A stretch of DNA of 64,000 nucleotides from Candidatus Hydrogenedentota bacterium (GTDB lineage Bacteria > Hydrogenedentota > Hydrogenedentia > Hydrogenedentales > SLHB01). Both the position numbers and the translations under genes were made by a program. The notes below the pieces were generated by a model. It had not been told where the DNA came from. It saw only the letters and a list, made by a program, of their open reading frames with translations, and searched no databases. Positions within the stretch are counted from its first letter, which is position 1, and each line of letters opens with the position of its first letter. The DNA lies in the NCBI GenBank assembly GCA_963745075.1, contig CAVUWV010000024.1, positions 64,001 through 128,000 of the forward strand, given 5' to 3'. Shown here in pieces: positions 50,397 to 61,017 of the stretch.

Positions 50397-52108
50397 ATGC
50401 ACGCACTGGATTGGCGGTTGCACGGGATCTCGGTCGCTGCGCTCTGCGGCCTTTTGCTCTTTGTCTCTGCGGCCCTCGCACAGGAACCTTTCACCCCGGA
50501 CGCACCCGTCGCCGTCGAAAAAGTCGCCCTATTCAAGAACGGTCTCGGTTACTTCAACGCGTCCGCCGTGTTGCCCGACGGCGCAACGTCCGTCCGTCTC
50601 GGACAACTCCCCGTCCCCGCCTACGGAACGTTTTGGGTAGGCTACCCCGAAGACGTGAAACTGCAATCCCTCATCACGGGGATGGAAGAATACGACGAGC
50701 ACCAGACCGCGCAGTCCATCGCCGACATGTTGCGCGCCAACGCTGGGAAGCACGTCACACTACGGCTCGCGAACGAAGGGGCTGAGTTAATACAAGGCGT
50801 CCTCCTCGTACCCGACCGTGACGCGAATCCTTTCCCGGAGAATAATCCCTACTTCATGGGTGGCCGGCCGCCGACGCCGCAGAACGCGCCGTATGTGCCC
50901 AATCCAGGTTCCGGCAGCTTGATCCTGGTCCAGACGGACAAGGCAACCTTCGCGGTCAATCCCAATTCCGTAATAAGCGCGTCGTTCGACGGGGCCGACG
51001 CTGCTACGGACGTGCCAATCCATCGCAAACGCCCGGCCATCCGCGCGGAATTGGCCGAACCCGCCGCCGGACAAAAGGTGTCCGTGAGCTACCTGGCCCG
51101 CGGCATCACCTGGTCGCCCGCCTACCTTATTGATCTCTCCGAGCCGGAGACCGCGCATCTCAGCGCGCGGGCGCTGGTCATCAACGAAGTCGCCGACCTC
51201 GATAACGTCGAACTGGAACTCATCACGGGGTTCCCCAATATAAGATTCAGTGACGTCGTCAGCCCCGTCGCCCAAAGCCAGCGCCTTGCAGATTTCCTGC
51301 AAGCGCTCGTCAACGGGGCCAGCACCTCGGACGGCGGTCGCAACGTCATGGTGCAGCAAGCGATCGTATCAAATGGTGCTTTCTTCTTTGACTCCTCTAA
51401 CGCCGTCCCGCTGCCCTCGTATTCGACTGCGGCACAAGGCACCGTTTCGGAGGATCTATTCCTCTACCCGGTGAACCGTCTCACGCTGAAACAGGGCGAG
51501 ACCGCCTGGATCCCACTCTTCACCGTCGACGTGCCCTACGAACACATCTATACGTGGAGAATCGATGATTTCCTCGACGCGGAAGGCCGGTACCGCAACC
51601 AACCGGAATCGCCGCGAACGGTGCGATGGCGGAAGAGGTCTGGCATTCGTGCCGCATTACGAATACCCTGGACATGCCGCTCACCACCGCCTCCGCCGAA
51701 TTCGTCACCAAGGGCGCCTTTACCGGCCAGGATATCTGTTACTACACCGCGCCCGGCGCCAAAACGACCATCCATATCAATCGCGCCATGAATGTGGTCG
51801 CGGAACAGACGGAAACCGAGGTGGACCGCACGATGAACGCCTCAAATTTTCACGGCTACGCCTACGACCTCGTGACGCTCCACGGCGACCTTCGCGTCCG
51901 CAACCGGCAGGACAAGTCCGTGAACCTCGAAATCACGAAGGAACTCTCCGGCAAAGTCCTGCAAAGTGCCCCGACTGCCAAGGATGTGCAGACCGGGAAA
52001 GGCCTGAAGCAAACCAACCCCAAACACGTCCTGACCTGGGAAATCGAATTGACCGGCGGCGAAGAAACGAACCTCTCGTACGACTACCAAGTCTACGTAC
52101 GCAAGTAG
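50397..52108 (+). CDS. Secreted DUF4140/DUF4139-like protein; frameshift at ~51612
   Basis: Signal peptide; VALFKNGLGYF, SYLARGITWSPAY and L.L.TG.P; continues in the 51626 frame (EEVWH...LTWEIELT.GEE..L.Y.Y). Confidence 0.78.
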
Positions 52109-52143
52109 GCGTCCATCTCCCCCGGAGGGAAGCTGTATCGTGG

Positions 52144-52278
52144 CCCACTGGGAGCGCCAGGCTCCAGCCTGGCGGGGTTCGGAGCGTACACCCGCCACGA
52201 ATCTTCAACGGTGATTGCGTAGCCTCGATGAACTCGCGCGGAAACTTTTCCAGGCTGGAGCCTGGCGCTCCCAGTGGG
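52144..52278. repeat. Inverted doublet (REPIN-like) of GGAG-type REP, family B
   Basis: Perfect 29-bp inverted repeat CCCACTGGGAGCGCCAGGCTCCAGCCTGG (52144-52172 / 52250-52278); each arm is itself a hairpin. Confidence 0.88.
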
Positions 52279-52399
52279 GCTCGCTCCCCTTGACAGTCTA
52301 AGCGCGATCGCCCTGTCACCCGGATTCGAATCCCGGCGCGCCCTCCGGTAAAATGTAGCTCATACCGCAAGGCAAATGCCCAACGAAGGAGGACGACCG

Positions 52400-52624
52400 G
52401 TGACCGAATATCAGCCCATTCCGCAATGTTTGGCGTGCGAACGCGATTCCGACGCAACGCCCCTGATCCCGTTGGAGTACCAGGGTGCGAAGACGTGGAT
52501 TTGCCCGCAGCACCTGCCAATTCTCATTCATCACCCCAGCCAGCTCATTGGCAAACTCGCGGGCGCCGAGAATCTCCGGCCTGCGGATCACGACGATCGA
52601 CCGATCCGCGACCGGAAATTCTGA
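52400..52624 (+). CDS. Small putative zinc-binding protein (CxxC...CxxH)
   Basis: AAGGAGG RBS before GTG 52400; CLAC...WICPQH.PILIH.P. Confidence 0.7.
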   Translation: MTEYQPIPQCLACERDSDATPLIPLEYQGAKTWICPQHLPILIHHPSQLIGKLAGAENLRPADHDDRPIRDRKF

Positions 52625-53055
52625 TCGATGCGGACGGCTGCCCCGTCAAAGACGAAGTCTACCGCGTTGCCAAATGCTACGGACTCGCGGTCAAACTCGT
52701 CGCGAATTCCTGGATGCGCATTCCCGAACAGGATTGGATAGAACTGGTCGTTGTGGACGACGGTTTTGACGCCGCCGACGATTGGATCGCCGAACACGTG
52801 GGGGAGAGCGACATCGTCGTTACCGCTGACATCCCCTTGGCGGCGCGATGTCTGAAGAAGGGCGCCGCGGTCGTGGGTCCCAAGGGCCGGGTATACACGG
52901 AAGCCTCCATTGGTGACGCCCTCGCTACCCGCGAGATCCTGTCCCACATGCGCGAACACGGAACCATGACCGGCGGCCCCGCCCCCTTCACCAAAGCCGA
53001 CCGCTCCCGCTTTCTCCAACGCCTCGACGAACTCGTCCACGCAAAACGCCGCTAA
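52612..53055 (+). CDS. YaiI/YqxD (DUF188) family protein; start codon not visible
   Basis: ILIDADGCPVKDE, DAADDWI, VVTADIPLAA and GGPAPF...DRSRF; no ATG/GTG/TTG immediately before PEILID. Confidence 0.85.
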   Translation, partial: PEILIDADGCPVKDEVYRVAKCYGLAVKLVANSWMRIPEQDWIELVVVDDGFDAADDWIAEHVGESDIVVTADIPLAARCLKKGAAVVGPKGRVYTEASIGDALATREILSHMREHGTMTGGPAPFTKADRSRFLQRLDELVHAKRR

Positions 53056-53068
53056 GACCGCGGGCCTT

Positions 53069-53097
53069 CCACTGGGAGCGCCGGGCTCCAGCCCGGC
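53069..53097 (+). repeat. REP family B single copy
   Basis: CCACTGGGAGCGCCGGGCTCCAGCCCGGC, differing from the 52144 copy only by a compensatory A-T to G-C stem pair. Confidence 0.85.
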
Positions 53098-53225
53098 GAA
53101 AAGTCGGTCTTCAGGGCAATTGCTAGCCCTTTTTTTCCGATTCAGGTAATAGAACGTGGTGAACCACCCGCATCACCCCGCACCTTTTGACATAAGATCG
53201 GCTTCCTTGCGGATTCAACCTTGCT

Positions 53226-54002
53226 ATGTCAATCACCATGAAACACTGGCGTAAACAACTCGGAGTACTGACCGCAGTAGTCCTGGTTTCCGTCTGTGTC
53301 TACGCCGGTTACCAGGCAACACATTTCATCGCCCGCCAACGTCTCTTGCATGCCTCCTACGCCCCCGCGCCCGAAGGGATGGTCTTCGTCCCACCCGGTT
53401 ACTTCACTCAGGGCACCAACGACCCCTCCGCCGAACCCGATGAACGGCCCGCGCGCCAAGTCTTTCTCCCCGGTTTCTATATCGACAAGCACGAAGTCAC
53501 CAATCGGGAGTACAAAGCCTTCAAGCCGGGCCACACCTACCCCGAAGGCGCAGACGACTTACCGGTAACCAAAGTCCTCAAGTCCGATGCGGAAGCCTTC
53601 GCCCGATCCGTGGGCAAGCGCCTCCCTACGGACGCGGAGTGGGAGAAAGCCGCTCGTGGTACCGATGGCCGTACTTATCCGTGGGGCGACGATTTCGATT
53701 CGACGCGCTGCAATGCGGGACTGAGGAAACCTAAACAACCCGTTGGATCCTATCCCCAAGGCGCGAGCCCCTACGGTTGTCTCGACATGAGCGGCAACGT
53801 TTGGGAATGGGTCGCGGACACCTACCAGGATCCCGGCTGGTTTGCCGCAGATCGAGGGACCGAACGCGGGATTCTCCGCGGGGGCGCGTCGGGCTATGGC
53901 CCAATGCAAGCCCGCACCACCTATCACGGATTCGAGGCGCTCGAAACCACCTGTAACGACGTGGGTTTCCGTTGCGCGAAGGATGCGGAACCCCTGCCGT
54001 AA
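53226..54002 (+). CDS. Membrane-anchored FGE-sulfatase (SUMF1-like, C-type lectin fold) domain protein
   Basis: N-terminal TM; EVTN..Y..F, RLPTDAEWEKAARG, YPWG, DMSGNVWEW, RGG and GFRCA. Confidence 0.88.
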   Translation: MSITMKHWRKQLGVLTAVVLVSVCVYAGYQATHFIARQRLLHASYAPAPEGMVFVPPGYFTQGTNDPSAEPDERPARQVFLPGFYIDKHEVTNREYKAFKPGHTYPEGADDLPVTKVLKSDAEAFARSVGKRLPTDAEWEKAARGTDGRTYPWGDDFDSTRCNAGLRKPKQPVGSYPQGASPYGCLDMSGNVWEWVADTYQDPGWFAADRGTERGILRGGASGYGPMQARTTYHGFEALETTCNDVGFRCAKDAEPLP

Positions 54003-54113
54003 CGCGCGCTTTGGATTTGCCCGCCTCCAAATGCAATACTACGTCCCCGTGTTCGATTGAACACCTGACACACAATTCGCCACGGCTGCGCGCGATTCAT
54101 CACAGGGAGCCCG

Positions 54114-55634
54114 ATGAAAACACACACGGTCAAGGTCTACCGGTCCAAGGACACGTTGGCCAAAACCGATCAACTCGCCTGGAAGCTCGCCGCACTCGCG
54201 ACCGACCACGCTCCCCTCGACCCCGCTGCGTCGGGAATGGTGGTCAACCGGATCATCGACAACGCCGCCGTCGCCCTCGCCGCCATCAACCGCCAACCGG
54301 TGGCGAATGCCCGAAGCCAGGCGCTGGCCCATCCGTGCGAAGATGGCGCCCAAGTCTTCGGCATCTCAAATGACCAGAAGTTCGACGCGGAATGGGCGGC
54401 CTGGGCCAACGGCACCGCCGTCCGCGAACTGGACATGCACGATACCTTTCTCGCGGCCGACTACTCCCATCCCGGCGACAATATCCCGCCCATCCTCGCG
54501 GTCGCCCAGCAGTGCGGCGCGCGCCGTCGACTTACCGGTGAAGATCTCGTCCGCGGCATTCTGGTCGGTTACGAAATTCAAATCGATCTCGTGAGGGGAA
54601 TCTGTCTTCATGAGCATAAAAAGGACCACATCGCCCACCTGTGCCCGGCGCAGGCCGCGGGAATCGGGGCCTTGCTTGGTCTCGATGCCGACACGATCTA
54701 CCAGGCCATTCAGCAGGCCGTCCACGTTTCGTTTACTACGCGGCAGTCCCGCAAAGGCGAAATTTCCAGTTGGAAAGCTTACGCACCGTCCCACGCCGGC
54801 AAACTCGCCATCGAGGCCGTAGACCGCGCCATGCGGGGCGAGAAAAGTCCGTCGCCGATTTACGAAGGCGAAGACAGCGTGCTGGCCTACATGCTGGATG
54901 GTCCGAACAGCCGGTACGATGTCCCCCTGCCCGAGCCCGGCGAGCCCTTGCGCGCAATTCTCGAGTCCTACACCAAGGAACATTCCGCCGAATATCAGTC
55001 GCAGGCCCTGATTGATTTGGCCTTCCGCATGCACGAACGCATTCGTAATCTTGACGACATCGAGTTTATCGTCATCCACACCAGCCACCATACCCACTAC
55101 GTGATCGGTACCGGCGCCAACGATCCCCAGAAGATGGATCCCAACGCCAGCCGCGAGACCCTCGACCACAGCATCATGTACATCTTCGCCGTGGCGTTGC
55201 AGGACGGCACATGGCACCACGTGGACAGTTACGCGCCCGAGCGTGCGTCGCGCCCGGACACCGTAACCCTCTGGCACAAGATCAGTACCTGTGAAGACCC
55301 GGAATGGACCCGCCGTTACCACACCGCCGATCCCAAAGAGAAAGCCTTCGGTGGCCGGGTCGAAGTCCAATTCAAGAACGGGGACACACTCGTCGACGAA
55401 CTCGCCGTGGCCAACGCCCACTCCCTGGGGGCCCGGCCCTTCGAACGCAAGGACTACATCCACAAGTTCGCGACGTTGACCGAAGGCATCGCGTCCGAAT
55501 CCGAGCGGAATCGCTTCCTCGATCGGGTGCAATCACTGCCCGGACTTGATGTAGACGCCTTCCACGAGTTAAACGTACAGGCTGACGCCGTTGACCTGAA
55601 GCATGCCGAGCGCGACTCACGAGGGGTGTTCTAA
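54114..55634 (+). CDS. prpD: MmgE/PrpD family protein, 2-methylcitrate dehydratase-like
   Basis: [45 protein letters not shown] and RETLDHS; GGGAG RBS. Confidence 0.85.
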   Translation: MKTHTVKVYRSKDTLAKTDQLAWKLAALATDHAPLDPAASGMVVNRIIDNAAVALAAINRQPVANARSQALAHPCEDGAQVFGISNDQKFDAEWAAWANGTAVRELDMHDTFLAADYSHPGDNIPPILAVAQQCGARRRLTGEDLVRGILVGYEIQIDLVRGICLHEHKKDHIAHLCPAQAAGIGALLGLDADTIYQAIQQAVHVSFTTRQSRKGEISSWKAYAPSHAGKLAIEAVDRAMRGEKSPSPIYEGEDSVLAYMLDGPNSRYDVPLPEPGEPLRAILESYTKEHSAEYQSQALIDLAFRMHERIRNLDDIEFIVIHTSHHTHYVIGTGANDPQKMDPNASRETLDHSIMYIFAVALQDGTWHHVDSYAPERASRPDTVTLWHKISTCEDPEWTRRYHTADPKEKAFGGRVEVQFKNGDTLVDELAVANAHSLGARPFERKDYIHKFATLTEGIASESERNRFLDRVQSLPGLDVDAFHELNVQADAVDLKHAERDSRGVF

Positions 55635-55635
55635 T

Positions 55636-56040
55636 ATGCGGACGCGAATGCGGAGAAGAGGGCGATACCGGAGAAACATTCCCGTTGGTCCCATCGCCGC
55701 GATTCCGGGCGTCGTGATGGCGGTGTTTGTCATTATTTTCGGTGTCTTCTGGACCATGTCGGCTCGTTCGGCGGGCGCTCCGGGCATCTTCACGTTGTTC
55801 GGGATTGGATTCGTGGTTGTCGCAATCACCGGCCTTGCCTCCGTGGTGGCGGCAGCGTTGAAAGTTGGTTCGCGGGTCACCTCGTCGTACGAAGAAGAAG
55901 ACCCCGTGGTTCTCTATCGACCTGAGCCAGAAAAGCACAAGACTGAACACGCACCGCAAGTTTACCGCGAATGTTCCTATTGCGGTACGCGCGTTGACGC
56001 AGATGAAAACCGCTGTCCAAACTGCGGAGCAGGAATCTAA
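55636..56040 (+). CDS. Small two-TM protein with C-terminal zinc ribbon
   Basis: Two hydrophobic helices; CSYCG...CPNCGA. Confidence 0.72.
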   Translation: MRTRMRRRGRYRRNIPVGPIAAIPGVVMAVFVIIFGVFWTMSARSAGAPGIFTLFGIGFVVVAITGLASVVAAALKVGSRVTSSYEEEDPVVLYRPEPEKHKTEHAPQVYRECSYCGTRVDADENRCPNCGAGI

Positions 56041-56044
56041 TCGA

Positions 56045-57382
56045 ATGAAGAAAGACACAGAATCGTCGCCTCGCAAACGAAACCTCACACGTCGTGGATT
56101 TCTCAAGACCACGACGGCCGCGGCGACCGCCCTCGGTTTTCCCACCATCATCCCGGCCTCCGCCCTGGGTGCGGACGGATATACGGCCCCCAGCAATCGC
56201 ATCACCATCGGTTGCGTCGGCGTCGGGGGCCAGGGTTCCAGCAACATGCGCGCGTTTATCGCGCAGCCCGACGCGCAGGTCGTTGCGGTATGCGACGTCG
56301 ATGCAAACCATCGGGCCGGGGCCAAGAAACAGGTCGAAGACAATCAGGGGGGTGTCGGCTGCGCGGAGTACCCCGATTTTCGGGAAGTCCTCGCGCGCGA
56401 CGATATCGACGCCATTTCCATCGGCACGCCCGACCACTGGCACTCCGTGATCACTGTCGCTGCGGCTCGCGCGGGCAAAGACATCTACTGCGAGAAACCC
56501 GTATCGTTGACCGTCGCGGATGGTCGCGCGATGTGCGACGTCGTCAAGCAGTACGGCCGGGTGCTCCAGACTGGAACCTGGCGTCGCTCGCGGGAAGGAT
56601 GCCGCCGCGCGTGCGAATTGGTTCGAAGCGGCTATATCGGCGATCTGCAAACCATTCACATCGGCGTGCCCAAGGGCTACGCCATTCGTGGCGGTGACTA
56701 TGGCGCCAACACCCCGCCGCAACCGGTCCCCGATGGGTTCGACTACGACATGTGGCTGGGCCCCGCTCCCTGGGCGCCGTACGTGCCGGGGCGCTGCCAT
56801 TTCAACTTCCGCTGGATCATGGATTACTCGGAGGGCTATATCTCGGACTGGGGCGCCCACTACTACGACATCGGACAGTGGGGCAACGGCACCGACCGCA
56901 CGGGTCCGGTCGAAATCGAGGCCACGGGCAAGTTTCCCGAGGACGGCCTCTACGACGCCCCCATCGAACACCGTATTGTGTTTACTTACGCCAACGGCGT
57001 CAAGATGATTTCCACCGCCACCGAAGACACTTCGCAATGGGGCATGCGTTTCGAGGGGAGTGACGGTTGGTTGTATGTGGAAAGCGACACCATCAAAGCG
57101 TATCCTGAGAAGATTGCCGAGGCGACTGTGGGGCCCAACGAGGTCCGGTTGTACGCGAGCGACAATCATCACGGGAACTTTCTGCACTGCGTGAAAACGC
57201 GGGAAGAAACGGCTGCCCCCATCGAAATCGGGCACCGTTCCGCATCCGTCTGTCACGTCGGCACCATCGCATTGCTGCTCGGGCGCGGGCTGCGCTGGAA
57301 CCCCGACGTCGAGCGGTTCGTAGACGACGAAGAGGCCAACCGGTTCTTGTCGCGCTCCATGCGGGCGCCCTGGAACCTGTAG
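56045..57382 (+). CDS. Tat-exported Gfo/Idh/MocA oxidoreductase
   Basis: TRRGFLK; GVGGQG, TPDHWH, YCEKP, YDMWLGPAP and DWGAHYYD. Confidence 0.92.
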   Translation: MKKDTESSPRKRNLTRRGFLKTTTAAATALGFPTIIPASALGADGYTAPSNRITIGCVGVGGQGSSNMRAFIAQPDAQVVAVCDVDANHRAGAKKQVEDNQGGVGCAEYPDFREVLARDDIDAISIGTPDHWHSVITVAAARAGKDIYCEKPVSLTVADGRAMCDVVKQYGRVLQTGTWRRSREGCRRACELVRSGYIGDLQTIHIGVPKGYAIRGGDYGANTPPQPVPDGFDYDMWLGPAPWAPYVPGRCHFNFRWIMDYSEGYISDWGAHYYDIGQWGNGTDRTGPVEIEATGKFPEDGLYDAPIEHRIVFTYANGVKMISTATEDTSQWGMRFEGSDGWLYVESDTIKAYPEKIAEATVGPNEVRLYASDNHHGNFLHCVKTREETAAPIEIGHRSASVCHVGTIALLLGRGLRWNPDVERFVDDEEANRFLSRSMRAPWNL

Positions 57383-57438
57383 AAGACAAGAGAAGGGAGC
57401 GCGCCGGGTGTCGGATACCCGGCGTCGAGGAGATCACC

Positions 57439-58791
57439 ATGACGACGAAAAGGAAGAAGCGAACCGGCGAATTGGGTTCCGGACTGAACCGGCGCCAGTT
57501 CATGAAACGGAGCGCGCTGGCCGCGGCCGGCGCCGTCGGGTTTCCGTACATCGTACCGGCATCCGCGCTTGGGCTGGACGGAACCGTGGCGCCGAGCAAC
57601 CGGATTACCATGGCGTCCATCGGCGTCGGTGGACAAGGCACGGCAAACTTGCGCGCCTTTCTCGGACAGGCCGATGCCCAGGTGTTGGCCGTTTGCGACG
57701 TGGATTGCAGCCACCGCGACAACGCGCAAAAACTGGTCGAGGAAACCTATTCCGCGCAGATGCAGAGCGGCCAGTACAAGGGCTGCGATTCCTACAATGA
57801 CTTTCACGAGGTTCTGGCCCGCGACGACGTGGACGGCGTCTGCATTTGTACCCCCGACTTCTGGCACGCCGCCATATCCGTCGCTGCCGCCGAAGCGGGC
57901 AAAGACATGTATTGCGAGAAGCCCTTGTCCTACTCCGTCGGAGAAGGCCGCGCCGTCGTCAACGCGATGAAACGGTATGGCCGCGTGTTTCAGACGGGTA
58001 GTCACGAGCGCAGTCGCAGCAATGCCCGGTACGCATGCGAACTCGTGCGTAATGGAAGAATCGGCAAACTGCACACCATTCATATCAATATGCCGATTGA
58101 TAACCACGGACCTATTCCTAATCAACCACCCATGCCCGTTCCGGACGGTTTTGACTACAACTTCTGGCTTGGTCCCCGGCCCTGGGCCACGTATACCGAA
58201 AAGCGCTGCCACTTCTTCTTCCGCTACATTCTCGATTACTCCGGCGGGGAAGTGACCGACCGCGGCGCCCACATCATGGATATCGGACAATTGGGTAATG
58301 CCACGGATCATACGGGCCCCACGTCCATCGGTGGTTGGGGTAAATTCCCGCGGGACGGTCTGTTCAACACCGCGATGGACTACGAATTCACCTTCGAATA
58401 CGCAAACGGCGTGAACATGAACGTCAAATGCATCGGCCCGCGCGGCGTGAAGTTCGAAGGTACCGATGGCTGGGTATTCGTTCACATTCACGGAGGCAAC
58501 TTGGAAGCCGAGCCGGCGTCCCTGCTGAAAGAAATCATCGGACCCAACGAGGAACACCTCGGCCGCAGTCCCGGACACCATCGGGATTTCCTGAACAACG
58601 TAAAGGTGCGCGGCGAATGCATGGCCCCGCCGGAAGTCGGCCACCGCACCGCCACTATGTGCAACATCGCGAACATCGCCATGCGATTGCGGCGAAAGCT
58701 ACAGTGGGATCCCGACAAAGAACAGTTCATCAATGATGCCGAAGCCAACAACATGTTGATGCCCTCCATGCGGGGGCCGTGGCACGTTTGA
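57439..58791 (+). CDS. Tat-exported Gfo/Idh/MocA oxidoreductase (tandem paralogue)
   Basis: NRRQFMK; GVGGQG, TPDFWH, YCEKP, WLGP and DRGAHIMD; GAGGAG RBS. Confidence 0.92.
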   Translation: MTTKRKKRTGELGSGLNRRQFMKRSALAAAGAVGFPYIVPASALGLDGTVAPSNRITMASIGVGGQGTANLRAFLGQADAQVLAVCDVDCSHRDNAQKLVEETYSAQMQSGQYKGCDSYNDFHEVLARDDVDGVCICTPDFWHAAISVAAAEAGKDMYCEKPLSYSVGEGRAVVNAMKRYGRVFQTGSHERSRSNARYACELVRNGRIGKLHTIHINMPIDNHGPIPNQPPMPVPDGFDYNFWLGPRPWATYTEKRCHFFFRYILDYSGGEVTDRGAHIMDIGQLGNATDHTGPTSIGGWGKFPRDGLFNTAMDYEFTFEYANGVNMNVKCIGPRGVKFEGTDGWVFVHIHGGNLEAEPASLLKEIIGPNEEHLGRSPGHHRDFLNNVKVRGECMAPPEVGHRTATMCNIANIAMRLRRKLQWDPDKEQFINDAEANNMLMPSMRGPWHV

Positions 58792-58823
58792 GTAAACGGC
58801 CAGTGAGGGAAGGAATGATAACC

Positions 58824-60815
58824 ATGATTCAATCGGAAACAAAAAACGGGCGAATGCGATCCGTCGTGCTTCGGGGGATTCTTGTCGTGACACTCGCGTT
58901 TGCGATGACCGGCGTGAAGGCCCTTGCCGACGATTCGCCCACGCTCGAGGAAGCCCTGAAACAAATTCGCACCTATGAGTTTGGGCAAAGCCGTGAAATG
59001 CTCAGTGTCGTCAACGACCTGTGCAAGTCTTCCTACGGCTCCCCACAGACCCGTAAGGTCATCGAGCAGAGTCTCCTAGATGTGCTCGGGTCGGACGCGA
59101 CGTACGACTGCAAGGATTTCGTTTGTCGCGAGCTATACATCATCGGGACCGACGCCTCGGTGCCGACACTCTCGAAGATGCTTACCGACGAGAAATACTC
59201 GGACATGGCACGCTACGCCCTCGAGGGTATCGAAGGCGACGCCGCTGACGGCGCCCTCCTTAAAGCGCTCGGTACCACCAAAGACCGCATCCAGATAGGC
59301 ATCATTAATTCCATTGGCGTGCGCGGCCAAGCGGGTGCGGTCCCCGACCTCGCCGCGCTGCTTGACAACAGCGACGCGGAAGTCGCCAAGGCAGCCGCCA
59401 ATTCGCTCGGAAAGATTGGCGGAAAGGAAGCCGCAGACGCGCTTGCGAAAGCCCGTCCAAACGCTTCGGACCAGGTGAAGCCTATGGTAACCGTCGCCTA
59501 TCTCCTGTGCGCGCAGAAATATCTCAAAAACGGCGACCGTGACGCCGCGAAGGCAATCTTCACGGAACTCAACAACGACACCGAATCCCGGCAGACGCAT
59601 ATCGCGGCCGTGGAAGGTTTGGTGGCTGTCGACGGTGCGGAGTCCTTGCCGATGTTGCTTGGATCGCTGAAAGGGACGGACCCCGGGATGCAAGCTATCG
59701 CCGCAGGCGCCCTGCGGACGCTGGAAGGGCCCAGCGTGACGACGGCCTTGGCCGACGCGCTTCCGAGTCTTGATGCCCACGGCCAGATGGTCGCCCTGTA
59801 CGCTTTGCGTCAACGTGCGGACCGGGCCGCCTTACCGGCCGTCACCGCGGCTGTGAACAGCGCGGATCCCGACGTTAAGATTGCCGCCCTCGAGTCCCTC
59901 GCCACCGTCGGCGGTGCATCGTCCGTCCCCTTGCTGGCCGGGCTCATCGTGTCGGACGATGCCGAAGTTGCACGTGTTGCCCAGGCAACCCTCGCAGCGT
60001 TGCGTGGCCTGGATGTGGACGGCGTTATTGTTGACTCCATGGGATCCGCTGCGAGCCCGGCCAAAGTTAACTTGATCCATGCGTTGGCCACGCGGGGCGC
60101 CGTAACGGCGGTTCCGAATCTGCTGCAAACCGCGGCGGACGCGGATGAAGCGGTACGCCAGGCTTCGTTTGAGGCGTTGGGAGACTTGGCGAGCGATCAG
60201 GAATTGACGAGCCTCCTGAGCCTGCTGGTCCAGATGAACGGCAATCCCACGCAGACCCCTGCCGAAAACGCGGTTGTCGCCGTAGTTCAGCGGAGCGATT
60301 CCACTTCGCACGGCACGCAGGTTATCTCACGCGCCATTACCGGTCTGAAAGGCAAACCCCAGGTTCGCGCGTCCCTTGTCCGTGTTCTCGGTCGTATCGG
60401 CGATCCGGCCGCGTTGGCACAGTTGCGGGAACTCGCTGCTAACGCGAAGGACGAACCGGTTCAGGACGCTGCGGTGCACGCGCTTGCGGACTGGCCAACG
60501 GCGGAAGCGATCGACGATCTCCGCAAGATGGCCGCCGATTCTCCGAATGAGACTTACAAATCCCTCGCCTTCCAAGGTTTCTTGCGATTGCTACGGCAGG
60601 GCGGAGACCGGCCGATTGACGATACGCTGAAACTGTACGAGGAAGCCTCCAAACTCGCCTCGAATGCCGACCAGAAACGGTTGGTCCTCGCGGGGCTCGC
60701 GGAAGTCCACGATGCCCGCGTGCTCGCATTGGTTGAACCCTATCTCAACGACGACGAGGTGAAGGCAGAAGCCGCGCAAGCTGCCGAGCAGATCAAGAAG
60801 AATACCCAAGGTTAA
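58824..60815 (+). CDS. Secreted HEAT/armadillo-repeat protein
   Basis: Sec-type signal ending ALA-DD; repeated AVP.L..LL...D.EV..AA..SLGKIG units; start 58815 or 58824. Confidence 0.85.
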   Translation: MIQSETKNGRMRSVVLRGILVVTLAFAMTGVKALADDSPTLEEALKQIRTYEFGQSREMLSVVNDLCKSSYGSPQTRKVIEQSLLDVLGSDATYDCKDFVCRELYIIGTDASVPTLSKMLTDEKYSDMARYALEGIEGDAADGALLKALGTTKDRIQIGIINSIGVRGQAGAVPDLAALLDNSDAEVAKAAANSLGKIGGKEAADALAKARPNASDQVKPMVTVAYLLCAQKYLKNGDRDAAKAIFTELNNDTESRQTHIAAVEGLVAVDGAESLPMLLGSLKGTDPGMQAIAAGALRTLEGPSVTTALADALPSLDAHGQMVALYALRQRADRAALPAVTAAVNSADPDVKIAALESLATVGGASSVPLLAGLIVSDDAEVARVAQATLAALRGLDVDGVIVDSMGSAASPAKVNLIHALATRGAVTAVPNLLQTAADADEAVRQASFEALGDLASDQELTSLLSLLVQMNGNPTQTPAENAVVAVVQRSDSTSHGTQVISRAITGLKGKPQVRASLVRVLGRIGDPAALAQLRELAANAKDEPVQDAAVHALADWPTAEAIDDLRKMAADSPNETYKSLAFQGFLRLLRQGGDRPIDDTLKLYEEASKLASNADQKRLVLAGLAEVHDARVLALVEPYLNDDEVKAEAAQAAEQIKKNTQG

Positions 60816-60821
60816 GACAAT

Positions 60822-60852
60822 TCGGCGGGGCGTGCCCGGCGCGCCCCGCCGA
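60822..60852 (+). terminator. Putative intrinsic terminator after the Gfo-Gfo-HEAT unit
   Basis: TCGGCGGGGCGTGC-CCG-GCGCGCCCCGCCGA hairpin starting 7 nt after the stop; pyrimidine-rich but not poly-T tail. Confidence 0.55.
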
Positions 60853-61017
60853 GCCTTCCCTCTTCGGAAGATTGGACGCTACCCTGTAAATTCCTCCTTC
60901 CGTTTCGGTACTATACCCCCGTCCGACCTCGCGTCCTCCGCCGGGGATCTCTTCAATCTTCGTCTTTCACGCGGTCGGTGACTACTGTGCCGCCTCGTTC
61001 AGCAGCGATGGGAATCG

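Noticed and set aside
53226..54002. FGE-fold protein as a diversity-generating retroelement target or as the sulfatase-maturing enzyme
   Set aside because: I saw no template repeat of its 3' end and no reverse transcriptase in the window. It lacks the catalytic Cys pair after RGG (reads RGGASGYG), so it is unlikely to be a true formylglycine-generating enzyme.
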